NCBI GenBank assembly: GCA_001724265.1
Contig: MEDY01000095.1
Coordinates: 1-64,000 of the forward strand
DNA length: 64,000 bases
From: Rhizaria sp. SCN 62-66
Taxonomy: Eukaryota
Direction of reading: 5' to 3'
A model generated the notes under the pieces. That model had not been told where the DNA came from, made no database searches, and saw only the letters and a list, made by a program, of their open reading frames with translations. Positions 12,017 through 23,928 of this stretch are shown piece after piece; positions within the stretch are counted from its first letter, which is position 1, and each line of letters begins with the position of its first letter. A program made the translations under genes and the position numbers.

Positions 12017-14932
12017 ATGAGTCTCTCTACGGTCTGGGTCAAACGCGCCGGGTCCGACGAGGACGAGCAGGCTGTACGTTATATCTTGTTTTTTGCGTCA
12101 CTATCCCTCACTTCGTAGCAGTCGTTGCCCCAGCAACGGCTATACGAGCGTCCATCGTCATTTTTCTCTCCTGCTCACGCATCTAAAATCACTCTGTCAT
12201 CTTCTTGGTTTATTGTTATATAGGTCACCTACGACCCTTCTGTCTGCCTTAACGTTGAGTCTCTGAAGCAGCAAATCGCTTCTCAGCTCTCCCTCTCCGA
12301 GCCCCTCCGCCTCCTCCAACTCCATCTTGTCAGCAGCAGCAACAACAACAGCGCTGGTGCTGACGCTAGCACAACAAGCAATGACGGCGCTGCTGTCGCT
12401 GCAGGCGGAGTGAAGCTGTCCCCGCGCACGCTGCTCGCGTCGCTGCCGCTGGCTGACAGCGACAACAGCGTCATCCTCGTCTCCATCCTCCCCTCCCCTG
12501 TCTCACCTGCTCCCGGCAACACCTCCGCCAACACTGCCTCGAGCAGTGCTGCGGACCGTGGCGCTGCCGCTGCCGCACACAACAGCAGCAGCGGCAGCGG
12601 CGCCCGTGTGCTGGCCTGGGACCTGCCCACATCCGCGCCCGCGCAGGCCGCCGCGGCCCACGGCCACTACACCAGTTCGAGCCCGCTCACGAGCAGCACT
12701 GGCGGCTTGATGACTGCGACCGCGACCACTGCGAACACGGCCACTGCGAGTGCGCGTGCAGACGCCGTTATTGTGCCGGCAGCTCTTGCCGCCGCTATCA
12801 ACGCACTCCCTGAGGCGAACTTCGCGGGTGCGCCTGCTCGAAGTGAGACGCCCGAAGTTGAGTCCGCGCCCGTGGGACCTAAAAACGCCAAGACTGCTCT
12901 CATGTCCGCCTTTGTTTCCGCTTACGAGTCCTCCGACAAGAGGGCTAACACTCATGCGAGCGCTGGCAGTGGCGATGCTGGCAGTGATGCTGTTAGCGAC
13001 GAGACTGCGACCGCGACCGGCGACGTTGGCAACGTCGCCGACGAAGACACGGACAACAACGCCGTGATCGACTACGATACTTCGCTGCCGTCCGCTCCCG
13101 CGCCCTTCACTCTGTCATCCACTCTTGCTGCGCTCCGCCCCCTGTCTCTCCAGTCTTCCACGCCGACTGCGACTGCGGCTGCGAGCGCGAGTGCGAATGG
13201 CCAGATGGCGACCCCGTCGCTGGCCGCGCTGGGCGGGCTCCAGGCGCTCGTGCTCGCGGTCACCTCGGTCGCCGCTGCCGCAGACCCCGCGCTGTGCCCC
13301 GAGGACGTGATGATTTTTCGGAATCGCGTGTCGGTGGAGAAGGTGCCCGTGGGCCAGTTCATCGACGTCGCCGTGTCGGCGGCATTGTTCGCCCTTTCTG
13401 CCCCCGACTCTGCCCTGGACTTCAACAACAACAACAACAACAACAACAGCAGCAACAGCAGCAATACCAGCAGCGCGGCCACTGCGAGCACTGCGTTGCC
13501 GGCCGCTTCTAAGGGTGCCGCGCCCCCATCTAAGGGGGTCATGCTCGCGGTCCGCCTCTTCACCCACATCGTCGCCCTTATCGCGGAGGCCTGTCTGCCT
13601 CCCGCCGTCGCCGCCGCCTTCGCCGCCGACCCCGTCGCCGCCGCGCCGCTGCTCGCCGCCCTTCCGGGCGCAGAAAGCGCCGCTAACAAGATCAACGCCA
13701 GCGCCAGCGCGAGCACTAGTGCGAGTGGCAGTAGCCGTGGCAGTAGCACTGCGAACGCGGTGAGCGACGTGACCGCGCTGCTGTCGTCTTCGCTGGGCAA
13801 CCTGGCCAACTGCCTGCGCACGGCGGCGCTGCACGCGCCCGCTGCGGCGCGCTACCAGGCCGTGCTGGCGCTGCAGCGCGCGCTGGGTGACGAACGTGGC
13901 GCCGCCATGACGCTCGTGAACCTCGCGGGCGCGCTGCTGGGCGCAGGCAACGGTGCCGAGGCCGCCAGGACTTACAGTCTCGCAAAGCAGACACTGCTCT
14001 CGCTCGCGCGCGCCAACGCCGACGCCGACACCGACACGGACACTCAGGCGAACGCCACCACTAGCTCGAATGCTAGTACGAGCGGCGCTGGCGATGCGGG
14101 TGTGGGTTCTCCTGTCGCGGCGGTGCTGGCGAGCAACAACGCTGCGCGCAAGGCACGCGAGCAGCGGCGCGCGCAGCGCGCGCAGGCGGCCGCAGACCGG
14201 CGCGCGGCGGCACACGCGGGCGAGGGTGTGGCGCGCGCGCTGGCCGCGACGGGCGACGTCGCCACAGCCGTGTCCGCGCAGACCGAGGCTGCGGCGCTGT
14301 GGGCTGAGGTGGCGGCCGCCGAGGCCGCCGCGGCCGCCGACGCGCAGGCCGAGGCCGAGGTCACCGGCGCCGCGGTGACCGGCGCGGCAGACGGGGCCGC
14401 GGCGGTGGCGCGCGCGGCGGCGGCGGCGGCGGCGGGCACAGCGCGCGCGCGGGCGGGCGCGGTGCTGGCGCTGGGGCAGATGCTGCTGTCACAGCGGCGG
14501 CCCGCTGAGGCCGCGCCGGCGCTGGTGACCGCGGCAGAGCTGCTGACGCAGGTCAAGGCCGCTGAGGAGAGCGGGCTCATCGCCCCCAACCCCGAGAGGG
14601 GCAGCGCTGCTGCTGCTGCGGCGGCGGGAGGCCTCAGTCCGGCCGTGAGTGTTGGCGCGGGGCAGACGGTGGGGCTGCTGGTGAAGGCGCTCAACATGGC
14701 GGCGACCGCAACGGCCATGGCCGGCGGCGCCGCCCCCCCGGTCAAGGCGGCCGCAGCAGACGCAGAACAGCAGCAGCAGCATGTGGCCGGTGCTGCGGCG
14801 GCGCTGGTGCGGGCCAAGGCGCTGTGGGAGCGCTGTCTGTTAGAAGGGGAGCGGGCGGGGCTGGACCGCGACCAGGGCGTCGCGGCCAACATCAAGGTGT
14901 GCGAGCAAAAGCTTGCTGCGATGAACAAGTGA
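12017..14932 (+). CDS. Protein with N-terminal ubiquitin-like (Crinkler-header-like) segment and C-terminal TPR-like repeats, 921 aa
   Basis: Exons 12017-12073 and 12224-14932; intron 12074-12223 GTACGT...TATAG. N-terminus MSLSTVWVKRAG...NVESLKQQIASQLSLSEPLRLLQLHLV. TPR-like LGNLANCLR...YQAVLALQRALGDERGAAMTLVNLAGALLGAGNGAEAARTY. Ends in TGA. Confidence 0.7.
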
Positions 14933-15477
14933 GACTCTATCTGGGACTCTGGCAACTGTCCTTATTCTTAAAGTGACGTTGGGTACTTAGAATATTTTCA
15001 TGTATCAATATGGTATGTTGAGGGTCGATATCAGTGATTGTTATGTTTTTCTGTAATGTCATAAATGTTTTGAAGGATACGTGTTTGAATACATTTTGTT
15101 TGTTTCTTCTTTATCAAGCGGCACTCGAAACATGTTCAATGTTCATGAATAAACAAAGATTAGATTCATTGTATCTTTCACAAAAGCTAGTTATTTTTAG
15201 ATTAATCTCATCTTTCACAATCTGGTCGTTCATGTTGAATCAAAGTAATCGGTTGATGTATTCTTTATGCTGTTCGTCAGTCACCTAGTACCTTTGACAT
15301 GAGGAGCTAGGTTGATAAGTTAATAAGTTGGTAAGCTTGATAAATTGATAGTGATAGAAATACTCATACAAATATTTGGATAGATGATGCATTCTCAAAG
15401 TGAATCAAAGGAAACATGAACTTTGCAGCAGTCGTTATAATACGGAAACTCCTCTTAGCAACAAATACGGCATGGGT

Positions 15478-18400
15478 TTACCCCACGGTAGCAGCGTTAC
15501 GCAACAGCGGTCCTTTCTCCGCCGCCATAACGCTCGCTTTGCCCAACCTAGCCATCATCACCATGTTCGGCGCATGCTTCGTCACCATTGTCGTCGCAGC
15601 GGCAGGGGAGGCAGTGGCCGCACCGCCCCTCCGCCAGTCCCCACCCTCCGCACCGCCTTCGCCGTCACCATCGCCGTCGCCGATGACCTTGGCGCGCGCG
15701 CGCTTGAGCTCGCCCTGCTCGCGCTCCAGCTCTTTGGCGATCCACACTGGGACCGTGGGCACGGCGGCGCGCACGGCCCAACGCAGCAACAGCAGCACGT
15801 GTTCGTACACGAGTACCGCCAGCAGCTTCTCTGTCCCGCTCAGCCCGGGTAGCCATGAGTCGAGCTGCGCCGACGCCAGGCCAAGAATGAGCGCGTTGGT
15901 GGCGATGGCCATGAGCGCCGTAAAGTGCAGCACGTGCAGCCAGATGCCGAGGCCGCTCGCGCGGCGCGCCAGAGGGCGGCGCGCGGTGCGCAGATGCGTC
16001 CACGCGCCTGCCGAGCGAAAAAACAAGAACCAAGAAACGCATGCGACATTGTTAGAAACAAATCTAGAGCAGACAGAGAAACAACAAAAAAGATCATTCA
16101 GCTATGTGCGACTAATATGTAGCGTTGTTGCGTACCGAGGCGGATCGAGATGAGGTTCTGGAGCATGATCGCGATGGGGGCGAGCGGGAAGGCAACGGAA
16201 AACAGCGCCACGTAGCCGAACTGCACCATAAGCGCAGCGCTAGACTTAAAGTTGTCCTGTGCGGGGCGGCGCGCCTCGGCCCAGGCCTGGGACAGCGAGC
16301 CGCCGGCGCGGCGCAGCGCTGCGGCGGCGCGGGGTGCGGCGGCGGCAGCGGCGGCCTGAAAGTAAGAACAAGGCGAATCGTAAAGAATATGATTATTTTT
16401 GTAAGAAATGATTAAAAATCAAGATATGCAAAAGGAAAAATAAAAATAAATTCAGATAAGTTCTTTATGATTGAGCTGTCACGTACCTGTGGCAAGGGCG
16501 CGGGCACGTATGTGCTGATGTCCCCAGCCTCTTTGCTCTGAACTGCCGCCGCCACAGTCGCCGCGGCCGCCTTGCCAAGCGAGCGCCGCGCCGCCGTAAG
16601 TGCGGCGGCCCGGTGGATCTCCGCCTCGGCCGCCTTGCGCAGCGCGGCCTCGGCGCGGCACTTGGCGACGGCGGGCAGCAGGTGCGCGATGCCGAAGCTC
16701 GACACCGTGGAGCTGACCAGGAACACGGCCAGAGAGGTTGAGACGCGAGCCAGGTTCCCGTCGGTAACGATGTAGTAGTAGAGGATCAGGAAGGCGTTGA
16801 TAAAGCGCAAGGGGAACACCTTGAGCACGAACGCGCGATCGTACGCGGAAGCCTAACGAAACAGTAATGATCGAAAACAGGTACAAGAAGAGAATGTGCG
16901 TTAGAAGACTTGTTTGCTAATGAAATTATTGGAAATTGGTAAGTGTCACGTGAATTATAAAATGGAATCTCGTTGGGTGCGCATATTCACGTACCGTCTT
17001 CCAGTTCTCCCAGTTGTTGAGTGTCTTTGCAACACGCTGGTAAAACTCGTCATAGAAGGGGAAGAACAGACCCCAGAGCACTGGGGCGAACTCGATCGGG
17101 TACCTCAGCAGCGCCGCCGCGGCCTCCGCAGTACCGTCCGAGCCCGAGTCCGAGCCTGAACCGGAGCCGGGAATGGCCGGCGCGGCGCCGTTAGTTAAGC
17201 CGTCCTTGGCGAGGAAGAGCCAGAGCATGGCGCCGCAGGAGAGCGCAGTGAGGCAGAGCAGCAGCAACCCGCTGACAGCAACCTTGGCAGCGCGGCGCTG
17301 CCACGGGTAGTACCGCTCCGGCTGGTGGAGGTACGGACACAGGCGCAGCTCGCCTTCGAACTCGGGGCGGCACTGGGAAACAAAGCACAAGAGTGCACGC
17401 ACACATAGTGATCACGAATCAAACATGTGAGATATTTTGGATAACGTTGTGAGTATAAGACAAATAAACAGTATTTGATGTGAAATTGTTGAAGTTTAGT
17501 GAAATCACGTACCTTTTCGTCTTGGTTCTCGTAGCCGAGCACGCCCCAACGGTAGGCCAGCTCGACGCAGTGGCGGCGCCAGAACTCGATCAGACACGTC
17601 GTCCACAACCCGAGCGTGACGGCGTAAACGGGCACAAGCGGCGAGTCAATAAAGCCGGTGCGAAACTGGTAGACAGCCAGGCCCAGACCCAGCAGGGCTG
17701 GGAAGATGAGCCACTGTGTGTGGAGATCAAACGTAACGAAAGTAGAGAAAAAGTTAGATTGCAATGCGAATTAAGAGCAAAGAAAATCCGTTACAAGCGT
17801 TGTTACTGCCAATATTTCGTACCTTGGTGTAGAACTCAAGCCATGCAAAGTAAAAGGCCGTTTGCTCGCCAAAGTACTCGGCGATCTCGTCGAGCGGTTG
17901 CGAAAAGAATGAGCTCACGAAGTGGCCAACGGCCGCGCACCCGCCCGCGAGCGTGTTGCGCCCACCAAGCCCCAGCGCGCCGCCAGCGTCGTCGGCCTCG
18001 ACCTCGTAGCTGTAGCCGTCGCGGCGGGCAGCAGCGCCCGCCGCTGCAGTCGCAGTCGAAGTCGATGCCGCGGCAGCGGGCGCCTCGACGTCGCCCTCGC
18101 CGCAGTGGCCGTTAGCGTCCGCGCCCACTGCCGCGGCAACCGCGGCGGCGGCGGCAGGCCCCCAGGCGCCGCCCGGGTGCTGCTGCATCTGCCGCAGCAG
18201 CCGCTCCTGCCTGCGGCGGCGCGCGTCGCGCTCTTGGCGGTCGATCCGCGCCCGCGCGCGCTGGGCGACAGTGAGGTCGGTCACCACGCCGGGCCCCGCG
18301 GCGGTCCACGGCCGCAGCCAGGGCTCCAGCTGCGCCAGCCGCGCACGCATGTGCAGCGGGAAGCGCGCAACAATCGTGGCGCCCAGCGGCGTCGCCTCGA

Positions 18401-21400
18401 GTAGCCCCGCGCCGCCGGCGTCGCAGCGCGAGCGCAGAACGTGGTCGATTATCACCTGGCGCTCGCTGGAGCGGAAGACCGAGGACGCGTCGCCGGAGCC
18501 GGCGAAGTGCGAGCGCAGGGAGCGGTGAAAGGCGCAGAAGCCGCCTTGGCGCAGCCGCATGCGCAGCCCGATGCGCTCGGCCTCAGCCTCCAGCTTCGCG
18601 GGGGGCGCGTAGAGCTTCAGAAGCACTAGGCGGTAGCGGGGACGACCGCCGCACACTGATGGTGTTGTACAATAAAAGGACGTGGAAGTAATATTAGTTA
18701 AAAATCAAAAGAAGACCTCAAGTATTGATTTAATGTGTGATATTGCAATTCACGATATTTTTGTGCAACGTACGTCGCTCTTCGTAGATCTTGAGCGGCT
18801 CGCGCTTGACGAGCAGCCCCGAGGCCTCGAGCCGCTTTTGCACCAGCACCGACGACACTGCGCGGGTCCGCGCCTTAACCTGCAACACACGCACCCCTGC
18901 GCTACCGATCAGCGCGGGCATTGAAGAGGACAGCGCAGAAAGGGCAGAGCTGCGCGCGGCATGCAAGTTTGATGCGTTAGCGGCGACTTCACGTTGATTG
19001 TGACCGTGAGACGTCTCATTGTTGCCGTCAGCAACCTCGGCCTCTCGGTCGAGCTCAATACCAAGGCGTCTGCGGGCGAGCGCGTCGCCCTCCGCGGCGT
19101 ACACACTGGTCCGACCGGCGCTGCGCCTGGCGGAGCCCGATGGCGAGGCAAAGCCCGAGGCGGAGCCGCTGCTCGTAAGCGGGGGCTTCTGGGCGGAGCG
19201 GGACTGCATCGGCTGCTGCTGCGCGTCGCCGCGGCTTGCAGAGACAACTTGAACAGCTTTAAGTCCGCTGTTGCTGCTGTTGTGTTTGAGTCCCAGCGAA
19301 GGAGTGCCCGTGGCGTTGTGGTGGGGGCGGCGTCTCTGCGGCGTGCCCTCTGCGCTCCGACTGTACCCGCCCATGTTCATGTTCGCGTGGGGGCTTGCAT
19401 GGCCAGGATACCTGTTCTCGCAGTCGCTCTCGTTTCCGTCCTCGCCGTCAACGTCATCGCTCATGTTGTTGCGATTGCTGTGATTACGAGGCGAGAGAAC
19501 AAGAGGGCGCGCGGGGCGGGTAGGCAGAGCCGTGGAGTACTTGGACTGATCTAAGTATTGCTTGTTATGACTGGGCCTCGCAGGCCGCCGGGGCGACTCA
19601 AGCCCGCTCGCGTGCGTCTTGCTGGCCAGCATTGCCTTGGTAGTTTTGCTCGCAAACGCCGCCGCCTTCTCCTCGGCCTCAGCCGCCGCCGCGACCGCCG
19701 CCGCGACCGAGCCCTCGAGCTCGCAGTCGCCCGCGTCAGGGCCGCAACCGTCGTCCCCGTCCGCGGCGGCGGCCGAGTGCTCCAGCGCGGCGCTGATCGC
19801 GGCGGCGGCGCGGCACCGGCGCTCGCGGGCCTCGAGCCGGAGCTGTGCCAGCGCGATGCTTGCGTCGGTGACCGCGGCGCTAGTCACGGAGTGGGGGCCC
19901 GCGAAGCGCGAGCCGGCAAAGCGTGAGGCGCTGGCGGCGCTGGAGGTGTTGCTATCGTTGTTGTTGATGATGTTGTTGCTGGTCCATTGGCTACTGCTAT
20001 GCGGCAGTGCGTTGTGACTGTGGGCGTTGATGTGGCTTGCACTGCTGCTGTTGCAGAGAGCGTTGTTGCTAGCGGTACTGCTGCTGCTGTGGGCCAACAT
20101 TGCAGTCCTGCTGTCGCCAACACCCGCGCTAAAGCTACTGCTGTTGTTGTGCATACGCATGTCCATGTTCGCACTGTCGATGTCGGTGGTGTCGCTGGTG
20201 TCCAGGAGCGTGCTCTCATTGGCCCCCACAAGCCAGTCCTTGACCACGACCGCATAGTCGTACCGGTCGTCGTTCATAAAGTTTGACCGGCGCAGCATCG
20301 CCACGCGCCGCAGTACCTCGGCCTCGTAGCAGTCACTCTGCGCGCTGTGCGGAGCCGCCAGCTGCGCCAGCGCATCGGCCTCCGCGTCGGCTGCGGCCAC
20401 GGCGGCCGCCACGGCGGCGGAGCGCGCGGCAGACGCGGTGGCTGCGGCCGATGTTGACGCATCAACAGGAGATGCGGGGGCCGCGGCTTGACTTTGAGGT
20501 AAGACGGGGCGAATGGGACGGGGAGGAGCAGTCACATCCACACGGCCAGCAGAGCCGCTGTTGTTTGCGAGAAATGTCGAGACAACGATCACCCCGTCTT
20601 CTTCCTCACCTTCCTGAACTTGATGCTGCTGCTCATCGTCGTTGTAGTAACCACTGTCGTTAAGATATTCGGGAGTATTGTTATTGTTGAAGTTAAAGTC
20701 ATAGTCATACTCGTCATCGTTCGCATTGAGTGTGGCGTCGCGAGCAATGTCGACGCTGCTCACGGTCACGTGACCCTCATCATTGTCGTTGCTGTTGTAG
20801 TCGTAGTCGTAGACCATCTGACGACGGCCGCCATGAGCATTGTTGTTGTGGGTAGCCATGGCAATAGCGCTAGCCTCCGCTGCAGTCGCAAACGCGGCCC
20901 CGCGCTTAGCCCTCTGCTGCGGCGACTGCACCTCACCGTCACCCACCTGACTACGAGCCGCACTGCCGCCGCCGCTGAGGCTGCGGCAGTGACCGTGCGC
21001 GCCGTCGCCGTCGCCGTTGCTCCCGGCACGGCTGCGGCTGCGCGCGCTGTGCGTGGCCGCGCCGGTCAGGAAGCTGGTGTCGCCGCCCCAGGCCCCCGCA
21101 GCCTCGCTCTCCGGATAGTACTCCGCGTAATGGAGCCCACGGTCACTATAGGACGACTGCTCGCAGTCGCCGTCATCTGGTAACCTCTGATCCCCCTCCC
21201 GCTGCTGCTGCTGCTGCTGCTGGTGGTGCTGGTGCTGCTCACAGTCACTCGCGCCTTCGCCAGAGTCGCCAGCGTAGTTCTGGCCACGGCCGTAGCGGGG
21301 CACACCCTCCTGCGCACAGTCGCGGCCACCGTCGTGGTCAAAATTGCCATCGTCGTTGCCATATTGACCATAGTACCCGTGTGTCGGTCCGATGGCGGCG

Positions 21401-21585
21401 GCGGCGGCGGCGAGGTGCCCGTGTGCCGCGCCCGCGTGCACCCGCAGCGCCGCGGCGTCGATCGCGGTCGCAAGCCAGGACCGAAACACCGGCGAGTGCA
21501 CGTCGTCCTTGCCGCCGTTAGCGCCATTGCCGGTGCGGTTGATGTTGCTGTTGGTGTTGGGGGTGAAGCCGCCAGCAGCGTTGTG

Positions 21586-21680
<95 letters not shown>

Positions 21681-22303
21681 GGACTCATGACTTTGCTGTT
21701 GCAATAATCGTCGCTGACGGGGTACTTAGACCGCCGGGGGCTCAGCGGCGTCGTCACCAAGTCCCGTTTGCGCCCGCTCGACGGACTCACGATTGCAAAC
21801 CCTGCGGCACGGCTGCCTTTGCTGCTGCTGTTGCGGCTGCGGTTATTGGCTGCATCACAGTCGCTGCTGCTGCTGCTGCTACTCTCGCTCTCGCTGTTGC
21901 AGTCGTAGCCAGGGTGATTGCCGTGGATGGGCGCGGCGGATGGAAGGAACACGGTGACTGTGGGCAGAGCGGTTGGACTGCGAACGTTGTTGATATCACG
22001 ACTGTCGTAGGGGGCAGCGGCGGAGGCCACAGCCGCGGCGAGCGCTGCAGCAGCCGCGGCATCGGAGCGCGGGGCGCTGGGTGTAGCGGGCGAGCGAAGC
22101 TGTGCGGTCGTATGCGTGGGGACTCCCGTGTTTGCGACGGTGGCCGGGGAGAGCGCTAGCGGACGCAAGGGGGACGGGGTCGAGAGGGGCATGACGTTGT
22201 TGGGGCTTAGGATGTGCGCGTATGTGCGCGGGGGCCGGCGGGGCGGCGATCCAACGGGGGATCCCGGAAGACCATGTGATGTGAGTGTGGGATGCGGCTG
22301 CAT
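15478..22303 (-). CDS. Anoctamin/TMEM16 family membrane protein, 7 exons, with an apparent 1-nt frameshift near 21681 in exon 1
   Basis: Exons 22303-18774, 18655-17823, 17713-17513, 17372-16995, 16852-16487, 16355-16136, 16007-15478. Motifs FRSSERQ, QPLDEIAEYFGEQTAFYFAWLEFYT, EFWRR, RPEF, LNNWENWKT, QFGYVALFSVAFPLAP, RRP...GIW...TNA, VYEH. Ends in TAA. Confidence 0.92.
21587..21680. repeat. Perfect (GTT/AAC)~31 microsatellite in anoctamin exon 1
   Basis: Uninterrupted 94-nt TTG repeat; reads as poly-Asn in the downstream coding frame on the minus strand. Confidence 0.97.
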
Positions 22304-22641
22304 TGTGCCACGAGAGTGCGCGCGGCAAGGAACACCAATGCAACTCAGAGTGGTTTAGGGCTTGGAAGAAAAGCGGATTCTTCGAGCTACATATCGTTGT
22401 AAAAGGAATGGTTATAAAGAAATAGTGTGAATTAATCATGATAGTTTATGATAACAGTAGTATCATTCAGTTTGACAATGTATACATGGAGAGATTCAAA
22501 CTAAGCAAAGCCGCTTGATATAGCCGTTGCGCAGCTGGAATTTGACCAGCCGACTGGCTGGACGGCGACCAGCAAGAGCTGAAGACCAGAGGAAAAACGG
22601 CTGTGAAAACTGACACGGTATTTCGTGACATAGTCGTTGAT

Positions 22642-23420
22642 ATGGAGCGTCTTTACAGCAGGTACGTCCCCGTGGCCTAATTGCATCATGTTTTTATTTG
22701 TAGTCTCTAAAGTCTTTGTCTCCCTCACTTACCCGTCCTTCTTTTTCCCTCCTGTTACCCTTCGTTGCCGGTCACTCGCTTCGCCACTTTGTTTGGCCCT
22801 GCAGTGACCAGATCGCGGTGCCCCCGGAGCTGCCCGCCATCCTCAAGGCCTTCACTAAGGAGGTCATCCGCTACAAGTACGTTCTACTCATCGCTACTCG
22901 GTTTCGTCACTCTTGTTCGCGCTCGAGTCGCTGTCTCTAACTCACACGCTTTCTTGATGATACTCATCTTTGTCCCACTATCTTTGTTCCTGCCTTGCTA
23001 CGTATAGCCCTGCGGATCTTGTCGCCTTCTCCCGCGACTACTTCACCCACCTTGCTGAGGGCCCCGACAGTACGTTTGCCCCCCTGCTTGATGAAAGCGG
23101 CTCCGCTAGAACTCGCATTGTTCTTCATATTTCAATATGTTCACTCTCCAACTATTTGGTGTATCTCGAGACAAATAGCATGTGATGACCTGATGATGGA
23201 CTATATCATTTGAGCATGATTATTTTACTCAACTCACGAGAGATCCAGTCGTTTTATCATAGCACCGCGCCTTTAATCAACTGCAATTCTCACTCCTTCG
23301 TTTCATCCTATCTTGTTCTCTTGTTCCTTGTTGCTTCTGATTTGTTGCGCAGGCCTGCGCGAGTTCCTCGACGTCTACGAGTCGCGCCAGCGTCCCAGCC
23401 CCGACTCGAACGACGGCTAA
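22642..23420 (+). CDS. Small RIIa dimerisation/docking domain protein, radial spoke protein RSP11/ropporin-like, 73 aa, 4 exons
   Basis: Exons 22642-22661, 22805-22876, 23008-23069, 23353-23420; all three donors are GTACGT. Product MERLYSSDQIAVPPELPAILKAFTKEVIRYNPADLVAFSRDYFTHLAEGPDSLREFLDVYESRQRPSPDSNDG, matching the QIxVPxxLxxILKxFTKEVIRxxPxDLxxFSxxYF pattern. Ends in TAA. Confidence 0.88.
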
Positions 23421-23928
23421 GCAACGCCAGACGGGGCTCGGCAACAACACAACATGTTTCTGTTTTATGTGATACGTGTTACCAGCCTAAAATGACGGCA
23501 GAGCGAGGCAGAATTAACGTTAAATGTGTATTGTGCTATGTTGTTATTAAGGGGAGGTATTAGTAGGTAATGAATGTTAGTAAGAACCCAAACACTGCAT
23601 AGTTGATAAGAGAAACGACAACCAGTCACACATGGGCTTTAAACGGATTAAAGACGTCGACTGCGAGTCAGGAAGAGAACTTGCTCGTGTTTGTGACCGT
23701 TGCGTAAATAGTTTGAAGAAATAGTTTTTAGTAAACAACAAATAATTAGATTAATGTCTGATTAATGACAGATAAACAAAAGAAATAAAACACATCAAAA
23801 GGACAAGCCAAGTCATTTTGTTCTCCGTTGCTTGCTGTACGTTTTGTGTGGAAGCAATATCGCAGGAGCGTTAGCGCCCAGATGTAGTGTTGCTTGAAAT
23901 GCTGTGCTTAAAAGTGAACGCGACAAAC

